Below, piece after piece: positions 49,287 to 60,278 of a stretch of DNA of 64,000 bases. Positions within the stretch are counted from its first letter, which is position 1. Every line of letters begins with the position of its first letter. Source of the stretch: Syntrophales bacterium (GTDB lineage Bacteria; Desulfobacterota; Syntrophia; Syntrophales; UBA5619). The stretch covers positions 16,958 to 80,957 of the forward strand of contig JAURXV010000053.1 in assembly GCA_030654195.1 (NCBI GenBank), in the 5' to 3' direction. The position numbers and the translations under genes were made by a program. The notes under the pieces are model-generated. The model searched no databases. It was not told the origin of the DNA and saw only the letters and a list, made by a program, of their open reading frames with translations.

Positions 49287-50027
49287 TTATGTTCTGCGGA
49301 GCTGCTCGCTCGTTCGGCCGAAACGGCGCTCCCGCTGTTGATATTCGGCTATCGCCTCCATAAGATCGGGTTCACGGAAGTCGGGCCAGAGGATATCGGT
49401 AAAATAGAATTCCGTGTAGGCCATCTGCCAGAGAAGAAAATTGCTGATCCTATATTCTCCGCCCGTCCGGATGAGCAGGTCCGGATCCGGGAGTGCGCTC
49501 GTGTAAAGATAGCGTTGACAGAGTTCTTTGGTGACGTCCGCCGGCTTGATCTTTCCGGCCAGACTGTCGCTTACCATGCGGCCCGCAGCCGTTGCAATTT
49601 CGTCGCGTCCTCCGTAACTCAGGGCCAGGTTCAAGACCATCCCCTGATTTCCGGCCGTTCGCTCGATCGTCTCCCGGAGTTTCATCAGAACGGGAGCTCC
49701 AAGTGAATCCAGGTTTCCTATGGCCGTCAAACGGATGTCCTGATCCATCATCTCCTGAACCTCATTCACCAGATAATCTTTGAGCAGTTGGAGAAGGGCG
49801 CGGACCTCCGCCTTGGGACGAAGCCAGTTCTCCATCGAAAAGGCATACAGTGTGAGGCAGGAGATCCCGATCCGGCGGCAGGTCCTCACTACGACCCGCA
49901 CGGATTCGGCGCCCTTTCTGTGCCCCAGGACCCTCCCCATGGCATGCCGCTCAGCCCAGCGACCGTTGCCGTCCATGATGATCGCGATATGCCGGGGTAG
50001 TTTATCCGGATCGATCTCCTTCATCAT
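49287..50027 (-). CDS. uppS: Ditrans,polycis-undecaprenyl-diphosphate synthase
   Basis: 246 aa. PRHIAIIMDGNGRWA...LTLYAFSMENW...RTGGEYRISNFLLWQ. Confidence 0.95.
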   Translation of the reverse strand: MMKEIDPDKLPRHIAIIMDGNGRWAERHAMGRVLGHRKGAESVRVVVRTCRRIGISCLTLYAFSMENWLRPKAEVRALLQLLKDYLVNEVQEMMDQDIRLTAIGNLDSLGAPVLMKLRETIERTAGNQGMVLNLALSYGGRDEIATAAGRMVSDSLAGKIKPADVTKELCQRYLYTSALPDPDLLIRTGGEYRISNFLLWQMAYTEFYFTDILWPDFREPDLMEAIAEYQQRERRFGRTSEQLRRT

Positions 50028-50096
50028 CCACCTGAAATCCGATTATCTCTATCGTATAAACCGACTAACACATCGAACGCAACTTATCAAGACGGA

Positions 50097-50131
50097 TCGA
50101 AACAAAACGGGGAGCCCGCGGACTCCCCGTT
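50097..50131 (-). terminator. Rho-independent terminator candidate downstream of frr
   Basis: The minus strand reads AACGGGGAG-tccgcggg-CTCCCCGTT (9-bp stem, 50106-50114 / 50123-50131), followed by TTTTGTTTCG. Confidence 0.55.
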
Positions 50132-50154
50132 AAAAGCCGAATCAGGCAATCCGA

Positions 50155-50712
50155 TCAGATCTCCATGATCTCCGTCTCCTTCGCAGAAAGCAACTTATCC
50201 GCCTTCTCAATATACCGATCGGTCAGTTTCTGGACCTCCTCCTGAAGGTTGTAGAGCTCATCCTCCGAGATCTCATTGTCCTTCTTCAGGGTTTTGAACT
50301 GCTCATTGGCATCCCTCCGAACGTTGCGCTCCTTGACCTTGCACTCCTCCGCCATTTTGCGCACGACCTTCACCAACTCCCGGCGTCTCTCTTCCGTGAG
50401 GATGGGGATCGACAGGCGGATCAACTTGCCGTCATTGCTGGGCATCATTCCCAAATCGGATTTCTGGATCGCCTTTTCGATTGCCCCCAGAACAGAGCTG
50501 TCCCAAGGGGAGATGACGATCAGCCGGCTTTCGGGTATGGAGAGAGAGGCCAACTGGTTCAAGGGTGTCGGCGTTCCATAATACTCGACACGGATTCCAT
50601 CCAGCAGGGAGAGTGACGCTCGTCCGGTTCTGACCTTGCTGAAGGACTTCTCGAGAGCCAGGAGCGCCTTCTCCATGCTCTCTTTCAGTTCCTCAAAAAT
50701 CAACTCCTTCAT
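50155..50712 (-). CDS. frr: Ribosome recycling factor
   Basis: ATG 50712 after [51 protein letters not shown]... at 185 aa. Confidence 0.95.
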   Translation of the reverse strand: MKELIFEELKESMEKALLALEKSFSKVRTGRASLSLLDGIRVEYYGTPTPLNQLASLSIPESRLIVISPWDSSVLGAIEKAIQKSDLGMMPSNDGKLIRLSIPILTEERRRELVKVVRKMAEECKVKERNVRRDANEQFKTLKKDNEISEDELYNLQEEVQKLTDRYIEKADKLLSAKETEIMEI

Positions 50713-50716
50713 GATC

Positions 50717-51433
50717 TCAACCTCCGACAATGGTTCCAACGGGCTCCCCGCAGATGACCCGTTTGATGTTCCCCGCCTTCTGCAGATTGAAGACGTTCAG
50801 AGGAAGTCCGTTGTCCCGGCAAAGGGATATCGCGGACGCATCCATTACTTTAAGGTTCTTTGTCAATACTTCGGTATAACTTATCTTTTCGTACATGACC
50901 GCATCGGGATACTGAACGGGATCACGGTCATAAACGCCATCCACCTTCGTCGCCTTGAGAATGATATCAGCCTTGATCTCAACCGCCCGGAGGGTTGCCG
51001 CGGTATCTGTCGTAAAGTAGGGGTTCCCGGTTCCGGCAGCGAAGATAACCACCCTTCCCTTTTCGAGATGGCGGACTGCTCGCCTCTGGATGAACGGTTC
51101 GGCGATTTCTCTCATTTCGATGGCCGTCTGTACCCGCGTGGGAACGCCGACGTGCTCGAGGGCGCTCTGGAGGGCCAGACTGTTGATCACGGTGGCGAGC
51201 ATTCCCATGTAGTCCGCGGTGGTCCGATCCATCCCCTTCGCACTGGCCGTCATGCCGCGAAAGATGTTGCCGCCGCCGATCACGATGCCGAGCTGCACCC
51301 CGAGTGCGGCTACCTCCCGGATCTCACCCGCAACGACCTCTACCACCTCCGGATCTATGCCTGAGGAGAGATTTCCCATGAAGGCTTCCCCGCTCAACTT
51401 CAGCAGAACCCTCCTGTATGCCGGGCTATCCAT
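50717..51433 (-). CDS. pyrH: UMP kinase
   Basis: 238 aa. [13 protein letters not shown]...[10 protein letters not shown]...[19 protein letters not shown]. Confidence 0.95.
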   Translation of the reverse strand: MDSPAYRRVLLKLSGEAFMGNLSSGIDPEVVEVVAGEIREVAALGVQLGIVIGGGNIFRGMTASAKGMDRTTADYMGMLATVINSLALQSALEHVGVPTRVQTAIEMREIAEPFIQRRAVRHLEKGRVVIFAAGTGNPYFTTDTAATLRAVEIKADIILKATKVDGVYDRDPVQYPDAVMYEKISYTEVLTKNLKVMDASAISLCRDNGLPLNVFNLQKAGNIKRVICGEPVGTIVGG

Positions 51434-51438
51434 CTCCG

Positions 51439-52041
51439 CTACCTGGCCTCTTCACCCAGTTGAAACCGTGCAAACCTTCTCACGACAATGTTTTCACCCG
51501 TCTTCGCGATCATGTTGCTGACCAGCGTACCCACCGTAATGTCCGTATTCTTGATGAATTTTTGATTCAACAGGCAAACCTCTTCGAAGTACTTCTTCAA
51601 TTTGCCTTCGATGATCTTGTCCCAGATCTTTTCCGGCTTCTTCTCTTCGATAAGCTGGCTCCGGTAGATCTCCTTTTCCCTCTCCAATGCCCGCTCCGGG
51701 ATCTCTTCGGCACGGACATATAGCGGGTTCGATGCCGCTACATGCATCGCCAGATCCTTCGCCAGGGCCTGGAAATCTTCCGTTTTTGCGACAAAATCGG
51801 TTTCGCAGTTCACCTCAACCATGACCCCGATCTTCCCCCCCATGTGGATGTATGCGGCAACGGCGCCGTCCTTTGCCGCCTTGGAAGAACGCTTCGTTGC
51901 GGCCGACATCCCTTTTTTCCGAAGATAGTCGACCGCCTTTTCAGCATCGCCATTTTCGGCCGTGAGCGCTTCCTTGCAGTCCATCATACCGGCGCCCGTC
52001 TTGACCCTTAGCTCCTTCACCATCGCTGATGTAATTACCAA
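51439..52041 (-). CDS. tsf: Translation elongation factor Ts
   Basis: 200 aa. [24 protein letters not shown] is the UBA-like EF-Ts N-terminus. Confidence 0.95.
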   Translation of the reverse strand: MVITSAMVKELRVKTGAGMMDCKEALTAENGDAEKAVDYLRKKGMSAATKRSSKAAKDGAVAAYIHMGGKIGVMVEVNCETDFVAKTEDFQALAKDLAMHVAASNPLYVRAEEIPERALEREKEIYRSQLIEEKKPEKIWDKIIEGKLKKYFEEVCLLNQKFIKNTDITVGTLVSNMIAKTGENIVVRRFARFQLGEEAR

Positions 52042-52042
52042 T

Positions 52043-52906
52043 TTACCTTACCTCCTCGACACGATCCTGCGCTCCGGCGGTCTCGGGAGCTGCGCTGTAT
52101 TCAGATTCCGCCCCCTTGCTCGCGATACTCTCAGGCACATCGGCCTCACCGTCTGCAGCTGCCTCCGTAACGACCGTCACCGTCGGGCGTTCCTTGTCGC
52201 TTTCCGCCTGCAGGCGTTCCTCGAACCGCTTCTTTCCATCGAGAACGGCATCCGCCATTTTTGACGAAAAAAGCTTGATCGCCCGAATGGCGTCGTCATT
52301 GCCGGGAATGATGTAGTCGATCAGATCGGGATCGCAGTTCGTATCAACCATCGCCACGATGGGGATCTTCAATTTCCTCGCCTCGGTAACGGCGATCATC
52401 TCCCGTTTCGGGTCGACGATGAAAAGACCTTTCGGGACACCCTTCATGGACCGGATCCCTCCCAGAACCTTTGTCAGTTTTTCCCGATCCTTCTGGAGTC
52501 CGAGGATCTCTTTCTTGGGAAACGCCTTGATGCTGTCATCGGCGAACATCCGGTCGAGATCGTTCAAACGATCGATGCTCTTCTTGATTGTCGCAAAATT
52601 GGTCAGCATGCCGCCCAGCCAGCGTTGATTGACGTAGGGCATGCCACATCTCTCGGACTCCTCGTGGACGGACTCCTGCGATTGTTTCTTGGTGCCGACG
52701 AAGAGGATCTCCCCGCCCTCGGCAACCGTATCCACGATGAACTGGTAGGCCGTCTGAAACATTCCGACGGTCTGTTGAAGATCGATGATGTAGATCCCGT
52801 TGCGGGCGCCAAAGATATAGGGTTTCATTTTGGGGTTCCACTTGTTCGTCTGGTGACCGAAGTGAACCCCCGCCTCAAGCAACAACTTCATTGAAATACT
52901 GGCCAT
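52043..52906 (-). CDS. rpsB: 30S ribosomal protein S2
   Basis: 287 aa. [35 protein letters not shown], with an acidic C-terminal extension. Confidence 0.95.
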   Translation of the reverse strand: MASISMKLLLEAGVHFGHQTNKWNPKMKPYIFGARNGIYIIDLQQTVGMFQTAYQFIVDTVAEGGEILFVGTKKQSQESVHEESERCGMPYVNQRWLGGMLTNFATIKKSIDRLNDLDRMFADDSIKAFPKKEILGLQKDREKLTKVLGGIRSMKGVPKGLFIVDPKREMIAVTEARKLKIPIVAMVDTNCDPDLIDYIIPGNDDAIRAIKLFSSKMADAVLDGKKRFEERLQAESDKERPTVTVVTEAAADGEADVPESIASKGAESEYSAAPETAGAQDRVEEVR

Positions 52907-53054
52907 ACTGAACTCCTCCTTTTGTTTTTTCCTCCACCCCCATCTGCTTGACCGGGAACCTTCTTAAAAGGCAACTTCCGTCAATCCGGAGATGTGCGAA
53001 TTTGTGCAGGCTGATAACACAAAGATTTTAATTAATCAAGCTGAAATCCGATAC

Positions 53055-53081
53055 GGGGACACCTTGCCGCAAGGTGTCCCC
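53055..53081. repeat. GGGGACACCTTGCCGCAAGGTGTCCCC palindromic element (downstream flank of argJ)
   Basis: 27-nt near-perfect palindrome. The 34-nt string tacggggacaccttgccgcaaggtgtccccattc is identical to 54333-54366. Confidence 0.85.
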
Positions 53082-53101
53082 ATTCACGCGGATCTTGCTG
53101 C

Positions 53102-54298
53102 TCATGTATGATAATGGGCGTTGATCCTCACGTAATCGAATGTCAGGTCGGACGAGCAGACGGTCCATGCCCTGCACCCCATCCCCAATTCGAGTCGAAC
53201 TCGGATTTCCGGCTGCTTCATGATCGCGGCAAGCTTTCTCTCCCTGCCGCCGATTCCCCTGCCCTCCGCAAAGAGGGGTAGATCCTCCAGGAAAAGGCAG
53301 ACCTGATCGACGGGGAGATCGATACCGACAGACCCGGCCGCGGAGATGATTCTGCCCCAGTTCGGATCTTCGCCGAAAAAGGCCGTCTTGACCAGATTTG
53401 AATTGGCAACCGCATAGGCTACCCGCTGCGCATCCCGGAGCGTCCGCGCTCCCGTAACCGTGATCTCGATCACCTTGGTCGCCCCTTCGCCGTCGCGGAC
53501 GAGCCCTCGTGCGAGTTCGGAGAGCAGACCCGAGAGGATCTCTCCGAAAGCCCCCAGATATCTGGAACCACGCTGGATCGGATGATTCCCGGCAACGCCG
53601 TTTGCGAGGATCACGGCCGTATCGTTCGTGCTCATGCAGCCGTCCACGCTGATCGCATTAAAACTGCCGGCGACCGACTGTCGAAACACCTGATCGAGGG
53701 CATCCCGGGCGATCGCGGCGTCGGTCATCACGAAGGCAAGCATCGTTGCCATATTCGGCTGGATCATCCCCGCCCCCTTGGCGATGCCGCACAGGGTAAC
53801 CTCTTTCTTGCCGACGACCTTTTTCCGGAAAGCGATTTTGGGAAACCGGTCCGTCGTCATGATCGCCGCCTCCGCATCCGGAATCCCGCCATCATGGAGA
53901 CCGGCCACCAGCCTCTTCACCCCTCCGGTAATCTTTCGCAGGGGCAGGCGATGGCCAATGACGCCGGTAGAAGCCACCAGAACCGTTTCATCGGCAATCC
54001 CGAGCTCAGAGGAGGCGGCGCGCGAAACGGTCAGCGCGTCCGAAAGCCCCTCCGCTCCGGTCGCTGCGTTGGCAACCCCGCTGTTGGCGATCACCGCCTG
54101 CGCCACCCCGGAGCGGATCCGCTCCATGTCGAGCAGGACTGGCGCCGCCTTGAAACAGTTCGTCGTAAACACCCCCGCCGCCGTCGCCGGTCGTGTTGAA
54201 AGGATGAGCGCAAGATCTTTACCGCCATCCGGCTTAATCCCTGTGTGGATCCCATTTGCGAGAAATCCGGGAACCCGATGTTCATCCGATGGTTTCAT
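53102..54298 (-). CDS. argJ: Bifunctional glutamate N-acetyltransferase / amino-acid acetyltransferase
   Basis: ATG 54298 after AGGAGAGG. ...GFLANGIHTGIK...PNMATMLAFVMTDA (autoprocessing ATML motif)...RINAHYHT at the C-terminus. Confidence 0.95.
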   Translation of the reverse strand: MKPSDEHRVPGFLANGIHTGIKPDGGKDLALILSTRPATAAGVFTTNCFKAAPVLLDMERIRSGVAQAVIANSGVANAATGAEGLSDALTVSRAASSELGIADETVLVASTGVIGHRLPLRKITGGVKRLVAGLHDGGIPDAEAAIMTTDRFPKIAFRKKVVGKKEVTLCGIAKGAGMIQPNMATMLAFVMTDAAIARDALDQVFRQSVAGSFNAISVDGCMSTNDTAVILANGVAGNHPIQRGSRYLGAFGEILSGLLSELARGLVRDGEGATKVIEITVTGARTLRDAQRVAYAVANSNLVKTAFFGEDPNWGRIISAAGSVGIDLPVDQVCLFLEDLPLFAEGRGIGGRERKLAAIMKQPEIRVRLELGMGCRAWTVCSSDLTFDYVRINAHYHT

Positions 54299-54335
54299 AC
54301 GCCTCTCCTGAAAAAAGCCACGTTGCACCCGTTAC

Positions 54336-54362
54336 GGGGACACCTTGCCGCAAGGTGTCCCC
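54336..54362. repeat. GGGGACACCTTGCCGCAAGGTGTCCCC palindromic element (upstream flank of argJ, downstream of secA)
   Basis: Identical to 53055-53081, including 3-4 nt of flank on each side. Confidence 0.85.
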
Positions 54363-54370
54363 ATTCCTAT

Positions 54371-56908
54371 CTATTGACCGCAGCACTTCTTGTATTTCTT
54401 ACCGCTGCCGCAAGGACAGGGGTCGTTCCGACCGACCTTGGCCGTTTCCCTTTTGACCGTCGCCGTCGCAGGGGTGTCTTCCCCCCGAGACATGATGTAA
54501 TTCTGCCGCTGCTTCTCCTCGATCCGCTCCACTTCCTCCTCGCGGCGGATCTGAACCAGACAGAGTTTCTCGACGCTATCCTCCTTGATGCGGCGGATCA
54601 TGTCCATAAACATGTCGTAGCCCTCTTTCTGATACTCGCGGACCGGATCCTTCTGACCGTATCCGCGCAGACCGATCCCCTCCTTGAGATGGTCCATCGC
54701 GAGGAGATTTTCCTTCCATTGCGCATCAATGGACTGGAGCATGATTACCTTCATCAGGTAATCCATCAGCGGTTTCCCGTATTCCGTCTCCTTGTTCCGG
54801 AGGAGCGTCCTGACCTCCGTGGTGATCCGATCCATGATCGCATTGGGACACGATGCGGCATCGTGTCCTCTTTCACGGCCCGTCCCGGCGAGATTCAGCT
54901 TCAGCGTGAAATGATGGAAGATTCTCTCATCCAGACCCTGCAGATCCCATTCCTCCGGATGGCGTTTCTCATCGACATACTCCGGAACCATCCCATCAAC
55001 CATTTCTTCCAGCATCTCTTCCACATCGTCCCAGAGCGCCTCTCCCTTGAGGACCTTCTTGCGTTGCTCGTAGATCACCTGCCGCTGGCGGTTCATCACG
55101 TCGTCATATTCCAGCAGGTGCTTGCGGATATCGAAATTCTGCCCTTCAACACGCTTCTGGGCGTTTTCGATCGCCTTTGAGATCAGCCGGTGTTCAATCG
55201 GCTGCCCCTCTTCCATGCCGATTCGGTCCATGATGCCGGAGATCCTCTCTGCACCGAAGATCCGCAGGAGGTCGTCTTCCAGAGAGAGGTAAAAACGGGA
55301 CGATCCCATATCGCCCTGACGTCCCGAACGGCCGCGAAGCTGGTTATCGATCCGGCGGCTTTCATGCCGCTCGGTTCCCAGGATATGGAGGCCGCCGATC
55401 TCTGCCACCCCTTCTCCCAATTTGATGTCCGTTCCACGCCCGGCCATGTTCGTGGAGATGGTCACCTGGCCTGGCTGGCCGGCCTGGGCGACGATATCCG
55501 CTTCTCTTTCATGATTTTTTGCATTCAGCACGTGATGTTTGATGCCGGTGCGGGTCAGGTATTTGCTCAAGAGCTCCGATTTTTCGATGGAGATGGTTCC
55601 GACGAGGACCGGCCTTTTCGCCTCATGCAACTGTTTGATCTCCTCGATAACCGCCGCAAATTTCTCCTTTTCGGTCTTGTAGATCACATCGGAATGATCC
55701 TCACGAATCATCGGCATGTTTGTCGGAACGACAAGGACTTCCAGCTTGTATATCTTGCCGAATTCTTCCGCTTCGGTATCGGCCGTACCGGTCATCCCCG
55801 CCAGTTTTTCATACATACGGAAATAATTCTGAAAGGTGATCGATGCCAGGGTTTGATTTTCCTGCTCGACCTTGACACGCTCCTTCGCCTCGAGGGCCTG
55901 ATGGAGACCATCGCTGTAACGCCTTCCCGGCATGACCCGGCCGGTAAATTCATCCACGATGATGACCTTTCCCTCCTTGACGAGGTAGTCGACATCCCGT
56001 TTGAAGAGGGTGTGGGCGCGGAGGGCCTGGTTGACATGATGGAGCAGATCAATGTTCTGAGGTTCATAGAGATTCTGCACCTTGAGATACCCCTCGACGC
56101 GGGCGACCCCCTCTTCGGTCAGGACGACAGTACGGCTCTTCTCCTCAACCGTATAATCTTTCTCTTTGCGAAGATTCGGGATCACCTGGTTGACCCGGTT
56201 GTACTTGTCGGTCGACTCATCGGAAGGTCCGGAGATGATCAGCGGCGTCCGCGCCTCATCAATGAGAATGCTGTCGACTTCGTCCACGATGGCATAATGG
56301 AAGTCGCGCTGTACATACTCATCGAGGTTGAACTTCATGTTGTCGCGGAGATAGTCGAATCCGAACTCGTTGTTTGTCCCGTAGGTAATGTCGGCATGAT
56401 AGGCGGCGCGCCGCTCGTTATCATCCATCCCGTGAACGATGACGCCGACACTCATGCCGAGAAAATCGTAGATCGGCCCCATCCACGCGGCATCCCTCTG
56501 GGCCAGATAGTCATTGACCGTCACAAGATGGACGCCTCTCCCGGTCAACGCATTCAGGTAAAGGGGCATCGTTGCGGCCAGGGTCTTCCCCTCGCCTGTT
56601 TTCATCTCGGCGATCCTTCCCTCGTACAGAACAAGTCCCCCGAGGATTTGAACGTCAAAGGGTCTCATCCGAAGTGTCCGCTTCGACGCTTCGCGGACGA
56701 CGGCAAAAGCCTCGACAAGGATGTCGTCCAGCTCGGTTCCGTTTTGCAGCTTGTCACGGAAATAAGGGGTTTTGGCCTTGAGTTCGTCATCGGTCGCCGC
56801 CGCCATGGCCGGTTCAAGTTGATTGATCTCATGAAGAATCAAGGAGAGGCGTTTCATCTCCCTGTCGTTTTTGCTTCCAAAGATCTTCCTGAGAATTAAA
56901 CTGATCAT
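54371..56908 (-). CDS. secA: Preprotein translocase ATPase SecA
   Basis: 845 aa. MKTGEGKTL (Walker A), [19 protein letters not shown], and a C-terminal zinc finger [14 protein letters not shown]. Confidence 0.95.
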   Translation of the reverse strand: MISLILRKIFGSKNDREMKRLSLILHEINQLEPAMAAATDDELKAKTPYFRDKLQNGTELDDILVEAFAVVREASKRTLRMRPFDVQILGGLVLYEGRIAEMKTGEGKTLAATMPLYLNALTGRGVHLVTVNDYLAQRDAAWMGPIYDFLGMSVGVIVHGMDDNERRAAYHADITYGTNNEFGFDYLRDNMKFNLDEYVQRDFHYAIVDEVDSILIDEARTPLIISGPSDESTDKYNRVNQVIPNLRKEKDYTVEEKSRTVVLTEEGVARVEGYLKVQNLYEPQNIDLLHHVNQALRAHTLFKRDVDYLVKEGKVIIVDEFTGRVMPGRRYSDGLHQALEAKERVKVEQENQTLASITFQNYFRMYEKLAGMTGTADTEAEEFGKIYKLEVLVVPTNMPMIREDHSDVIYKTEKEKFAAVIEEIKQLHEAKRPVLVGTISIEKSELLSKYLTRTGIKHHVLNAKNHEREADIVAQAGQPGQVTISTNMAGRGTDIKLGEGVAEIGGLHILGTERHESRRIDNQLRGRSGRQGDMGSSRFYLSLEDDLLRIFGAERISGIMDRIGMEEGQPIEHRLISKAIENAQKRVEGQNFDIRKHLLEYDDVMNRQRQVIYEQRKKVLKGEALWDDVEEMLEEMVDGMVPEYVDEKRHPEEWDLQGLDERIFHHFTLKLNLAGTGRERGHDAASCPNAIMDRITTEVRTLLRNKETEYGKPLMDYLMKVIMLQSIDAQWKENLLAMDHLKEGIGLRGYGQKDPVREYQKEGYDMFMDMIRRIKEDSVEKLCLVQIRREEEVERIEEKQRQNYIMSRGEDTPATATVKRETAKVGRNDPCPCGSGKKYKKCCGQ

Positions 56909-56988
56909 AACCTTCCTTAAAAAAAAAACGGCGCCATGACCGGTGGATTTTGTTCTCTACTGGGTGGACATTTCGTACCCTTCAGCCC

Positions 56989-57894
56989 TCAATTCAGATA
57001 CTTCCTCGGATTGACCGGAACGCCGTTCAACATGACGGCATAGTGAAGATGGGATCCGGTGCTGCGGCCCGTATTTCCCACATACCCGATTCGATCCCCT
57101 TTGTGGACCGTCGCCCCGGCCCGAACGACCGCCTTGGAGAGGTGCCCATAGAACGTTGAAATGCCGTGGCCGTGATCGATCCGGACCATCTGACCCACGT
57201 CATGCTGAAAGGCCACCTCCGCAACGATGCCATCTGCCGGCGCCTGGACCGGCTTTCCAAGCCGCGTCGCGATATCAATCGCCTTGTGAAATTCTCCATC
57301 GCCGCCGAATGGGGATGAACGTTTACCGAATTCGGATGTTACCCAGCCTGCTACTGGCCAGATGGAAGGGGTTGAGGCCAGAAGTGATTTCTTCTCCTTC
57401 AAGTGAGCCAGGAGGTCTGCAAAACTCTGTTCCCGGGAGAGCGCATCATGCATCAGGCGGTCTACTTGACGGCCGATCCCGGCGATCATCGCCTTGTCAT
57501 CGGCGGCCATTCGGGAGCGCAGGCGATTCTCCTCGCTCATGGGGCCGCCGATCCCAAGGAGTTGTTCCTTATCCTTGCCCGTGACCAGATTGGCCATGAT
57601 CCGGATCTTCTTGTCAAACTGTCTCAACTCATCCATTTTTACAGCAAACTGGTCCACCTTCGTCACGAGCCCTTCGATCTGTGTTCTCTGTTCCGCCGTC
57701 TGCTGTTTCAGGCGTTTCAGTTCGGCCTGTTCCCTACGAATGTGGATATAATCATAGGAAAAATACATCACGAACAGGATGAGGCCCATCACGAATATGG
57801 ATACGCCTTTGACCAGCGTACTGGAGAGGCCTATTTTCTTTGCGGAACTGTCTTTCTTCGGAAGAATCAGGAGCGTATAGAAATTCTTCGGCAT
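56989..57894 (-). CDS. M23 family metallopeptidase with N-terminal membrane anchor and coiled-coil
   Basis: ATG 57894 after GAGGAG. TM segment GVSIFVMGLILFVMYF. The LytM domain shows HKAIDIA...HGHG...GNTGRSTGSHLHY. Confidence 0.85.
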   Translation of the reverse strand: MPKNFYTLLILPKKDSSAKKIGLSSTLVKGVSIFVMGLILFVMYFSYDYIHIRREQAELKRLKQQTAEQRTQIEGLVTKVDQFAVKMDELRQFDKKIRIMANLVTGKDKEQLLGIGGPMSEENRLRSRMAADDKAMIAGIGRQVDRLMHDALSREQSFADLLAHLKEKKSLLASTPSIWPVAGWVTSEFGKRSSPFGGDGEFHKAIDIATRLGKPVQAPADGIVAEVAFQHDVGQMVRIDHGHGISTFYGHLSKAVVRAGATVHKGDRIGYVGNTGRSTGSHLHYAVMLNGVPVNPRKYLN

Positions 57895-58195
57895 CGTAAC
57901 TCCTCTATTCCTGCTCCTCATGAGCCGTGGAAACACAAAACGGAGATCGAAAAATATCATAATCGTCTTTAAAGTCAAGCGTTGATTTCGTACCAGATTT
58001 GTCTTGACTTTGAAGCGACGGTTAAGCTAAAGACCTCAAGCACATAGAATTGAAGCCCTCCGCAGCAAGCGGCGGAGAATCTTCGATCCCAAGCAGGAAC
58101 AAACCATTTCAGTTTCGCTCGCTTACCCCGCGGCAAGCCGCGGTGCATGTGCTCGCGAATGGATTCAGGTTCCGTGTCATCAGAAAGGAGAGTTC

Positions 58196-60277
58196 ATGGC
58201 AAAATATGAATCAAATTCGATAAGAAATCTGGCCGTCCTCGGCCACGGGGGGACGGGCAAAACCACCCTGTGCGAATCCATGCTCTACGTCGCCGGCAAG
58301 ACCGACAGACCCGGCCGCGTGGATGAAGGGACCTCCTCAATGGACTATGAACCGGAGGAGCAGAAGAGACACATCTCCATCAGCGCCGCAACGAACCATA
58401 TCGATTGGGATAAGCACCGGATCAACATGATCGACACGCCGGGTGATTCCAATTTTGCATTTGACACAAAAAGTTGTCTCCGGATCGTAGACGGGGCGGT
58501 GGTCCTCGTCGACGCCGTCGGAGGCGTCGAATTTCAGACGGAAAAGGTATGGGAATACTTAGAGGAGTTTCGTCTTCCCCGTCTTCTCTTCATCAGCCGT
58601 ATGGATCGGGAACGGGCGGATTTTGAAAAGGCCGTCGAAAGCATCCGGAGCCGCCTCGGAAAGAAGGTCACGCTCTGCTCCCTTCCCATCGGTGCAGAGA
58701 ACGCCTTCGCCGGGGTGGTCGATCTGACCTCCATGAAGGCCTTCATGTACGACGATCAGAAAAGGACAGCAAAAGCTATCGACATTCCAGCGGATATGTC
58801 TAAAACCGTTCAGAAATACAGAGACATCCTGATCGAAGATATCGCCGAGACCGACGATGACCTGATGAACAAATATCTCGAGAGCGGCGAATTGAGTCCT
58901 GAGGATCTGCTGGCCGGTCTCCGGAAGGGGGTCGTCGCCGGCGCCTTGATCCCCGTCGTCTGTGGATCGGCCATCAAGAACATCGGCATCCACCCGTTCC
59001 TCGACACCATCACCCGTTACTTCCCCTCGCCCGTCGACCGCGGCAGCGTCTCCGGGAAGAGACCGGGGACCGGGGAAGAGGAAATCCGGCCGCCGGATGA
59101 ATCGGCGCCGTTTTCGGCCCTGGTCTTCAAGACCATCGCCGATCCCTACGCCGGCCGCCTCACCCTCTTCCGCGTCTATTCGGGTACGCTTAAATCCGAC
59201 TCCGGCCTCTTCAACGCTTCGCGCAAGACAACGGAGCGGATCGCCAGCCTCTTCTTCCTCGAAGGGAAAATCCAGAAACCGGTCGAAGAACTGATCCCCG
59301 GCGACATCGCGGCCATCGCCAAATTGAAGGAGACCGCAACCGGGGACACCTTTTGTGCAGAAAAATCGCCCATTCTTTACCCCAAGGTCGAACCTCCTAC
59401 AGCAGTCATATCTTTTGCCGTGGAGGCAAAATCGCGGGGCGATGAGGACAAACTCGTTTCCTCGATCCACCGTCTGATCGACGAAGATCCCACCCTCACG
59501 TTCCATCGCGATGACCAGACCCGGGAGATGATCCTCTCCGGTCTGGGCCAGGTCCACATCGAAGTTGTCATCGAAAAAATGAAGCGGAAATTCGGCCTGG
59601 AGGTGAATCTGAAGACCCCGAAGGTCCCCTACAAGGAGACGATCAAGGGAAAGACCACCGTTCAGGGACGCTACAAGAAGCAGTCCGGCGGCCGCGGTCA
59701 GTTCGGCGACACATGGTTGGATATCGAGCCGCTCCCAAGGGGAAGCGGTTTCGAATTCGTCGACCGGATCGTTGGGGGGGTGATCCCCCACCAATACCGT
59801 CCGGCCGTTGAAAAGGGGATCGTGGAGGCGATGGCAGAGGGCGTCGTTGCCGGCTATCCGGTCGTTGATCTTCGCGTTTCCTTGACGGACGGTTCATACC
59901 ATACGGTCGATTCCTCGGAAATGGCCTTCAAGATTGCCGGTTCGCTCGGCTTCAAGAAGGGGGTTCTCGAATGCCAACCGACCCTCCTCGAACCCATCGT
60001 CAACATTTCTATCGAGATCCCGGACGAGTACATGGGCGATGTCATCGGCGATCTCAACAGCCGCCGGGGCAAGGTTCTTGGAATGGATTCATTTGGCCAC
60101 CATCAGATCATCAAGGGACAGGTCCCCCGTTCTGAAATCCTCAAATACGCCCCTGATCTGCGTTCGATGACGAGCGGCCGCGGAACCTTCACCTATGAGC
60201 ATTCCCATTATGAGGAGGTCCCGTCCTACATCGCGGAGAAGATCATCGCTGAATCGAAGAAAGAAGCGGAAGGTTGA
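58196..60277 (+). CDS. Elongation factor G paralog (EF-G2-like GTPase)
   Basis: 693 aa. The P-loop GHGGTGKTT differs from the housekeeping AHIDAGKTT. DTPG and SRMD (NKxD-like) motifs are present, and domains II-V are colinear with EF-G. Confidence 0.88.
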   Translation: MAKYESNSIRNLAVLGHGGTGKTTLCESMLYVAGKTDRPGRVDEGTSSMDYEPEEQKRHISISAATNHIDWDKHRINMIDTPGDSNFAFDTKSCLRIVDGAVVLVDAVGGVEFQTEKVWEYLEEFRLPRLLFISRMDRERADFEKAVESIRSRLGKKVTLCSLPIGAENAFAGVVDLTSMKAFMYDDQKRTAKAIDIPADMSKTVQKYRDILIEDIAETDDDLMNKYLESGELSPEDLLAGLRKGVVAGALIPVVCGSAIKNIGIHPFLDTITRYFPSPVDRGSVSGKRPGTGEEEIRPPDESAPFSALVFKTIADPYAGRLTLFRVYSGTLKSDSGLFNASRKTTERIASLFFLEGKIQKPVEELIPGDIAAIAKLKETATGDTFCAEKSPILYPKVEPPTAVISFAVEAKSRGDEDKLVSSIHRLIDEDPTLTFHRDDQTREMILSGLGQVHIEVVIEKMKRKFGLEVNLKTPKVPYKETIKGKTTVQGRYKKQSGGRGQFGDTWLDIEPLPRGSGFEFVDRIVGGVIPHQYRPAVEKGIVEAMAEGVVAGYPVVDLRVSLTDGSYHTVDSSEMAFKIAGSLGFKKGVLECQPTLLEPIVNISIEIPDEYMGDVIGDLNSRRGKVLGMDSFGHHQIIKGQVPRSEILKYAPDLRSMTSGRGTFTYEHSHYEEVPSYIAEKIIAESKKEAEG

Positions 60278-60278
60278 A

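Noticed and set aside
55190-56899. 569-aa + strand ORF (also 58559-59794 minus and 60682-62217 plus)
   Set aside because: These are antisense to secA, to the EF-G paralog, and to the Mut7-C and LpxH-like genes respectively. They have no motifs and are typical GC-rich shadow frames.
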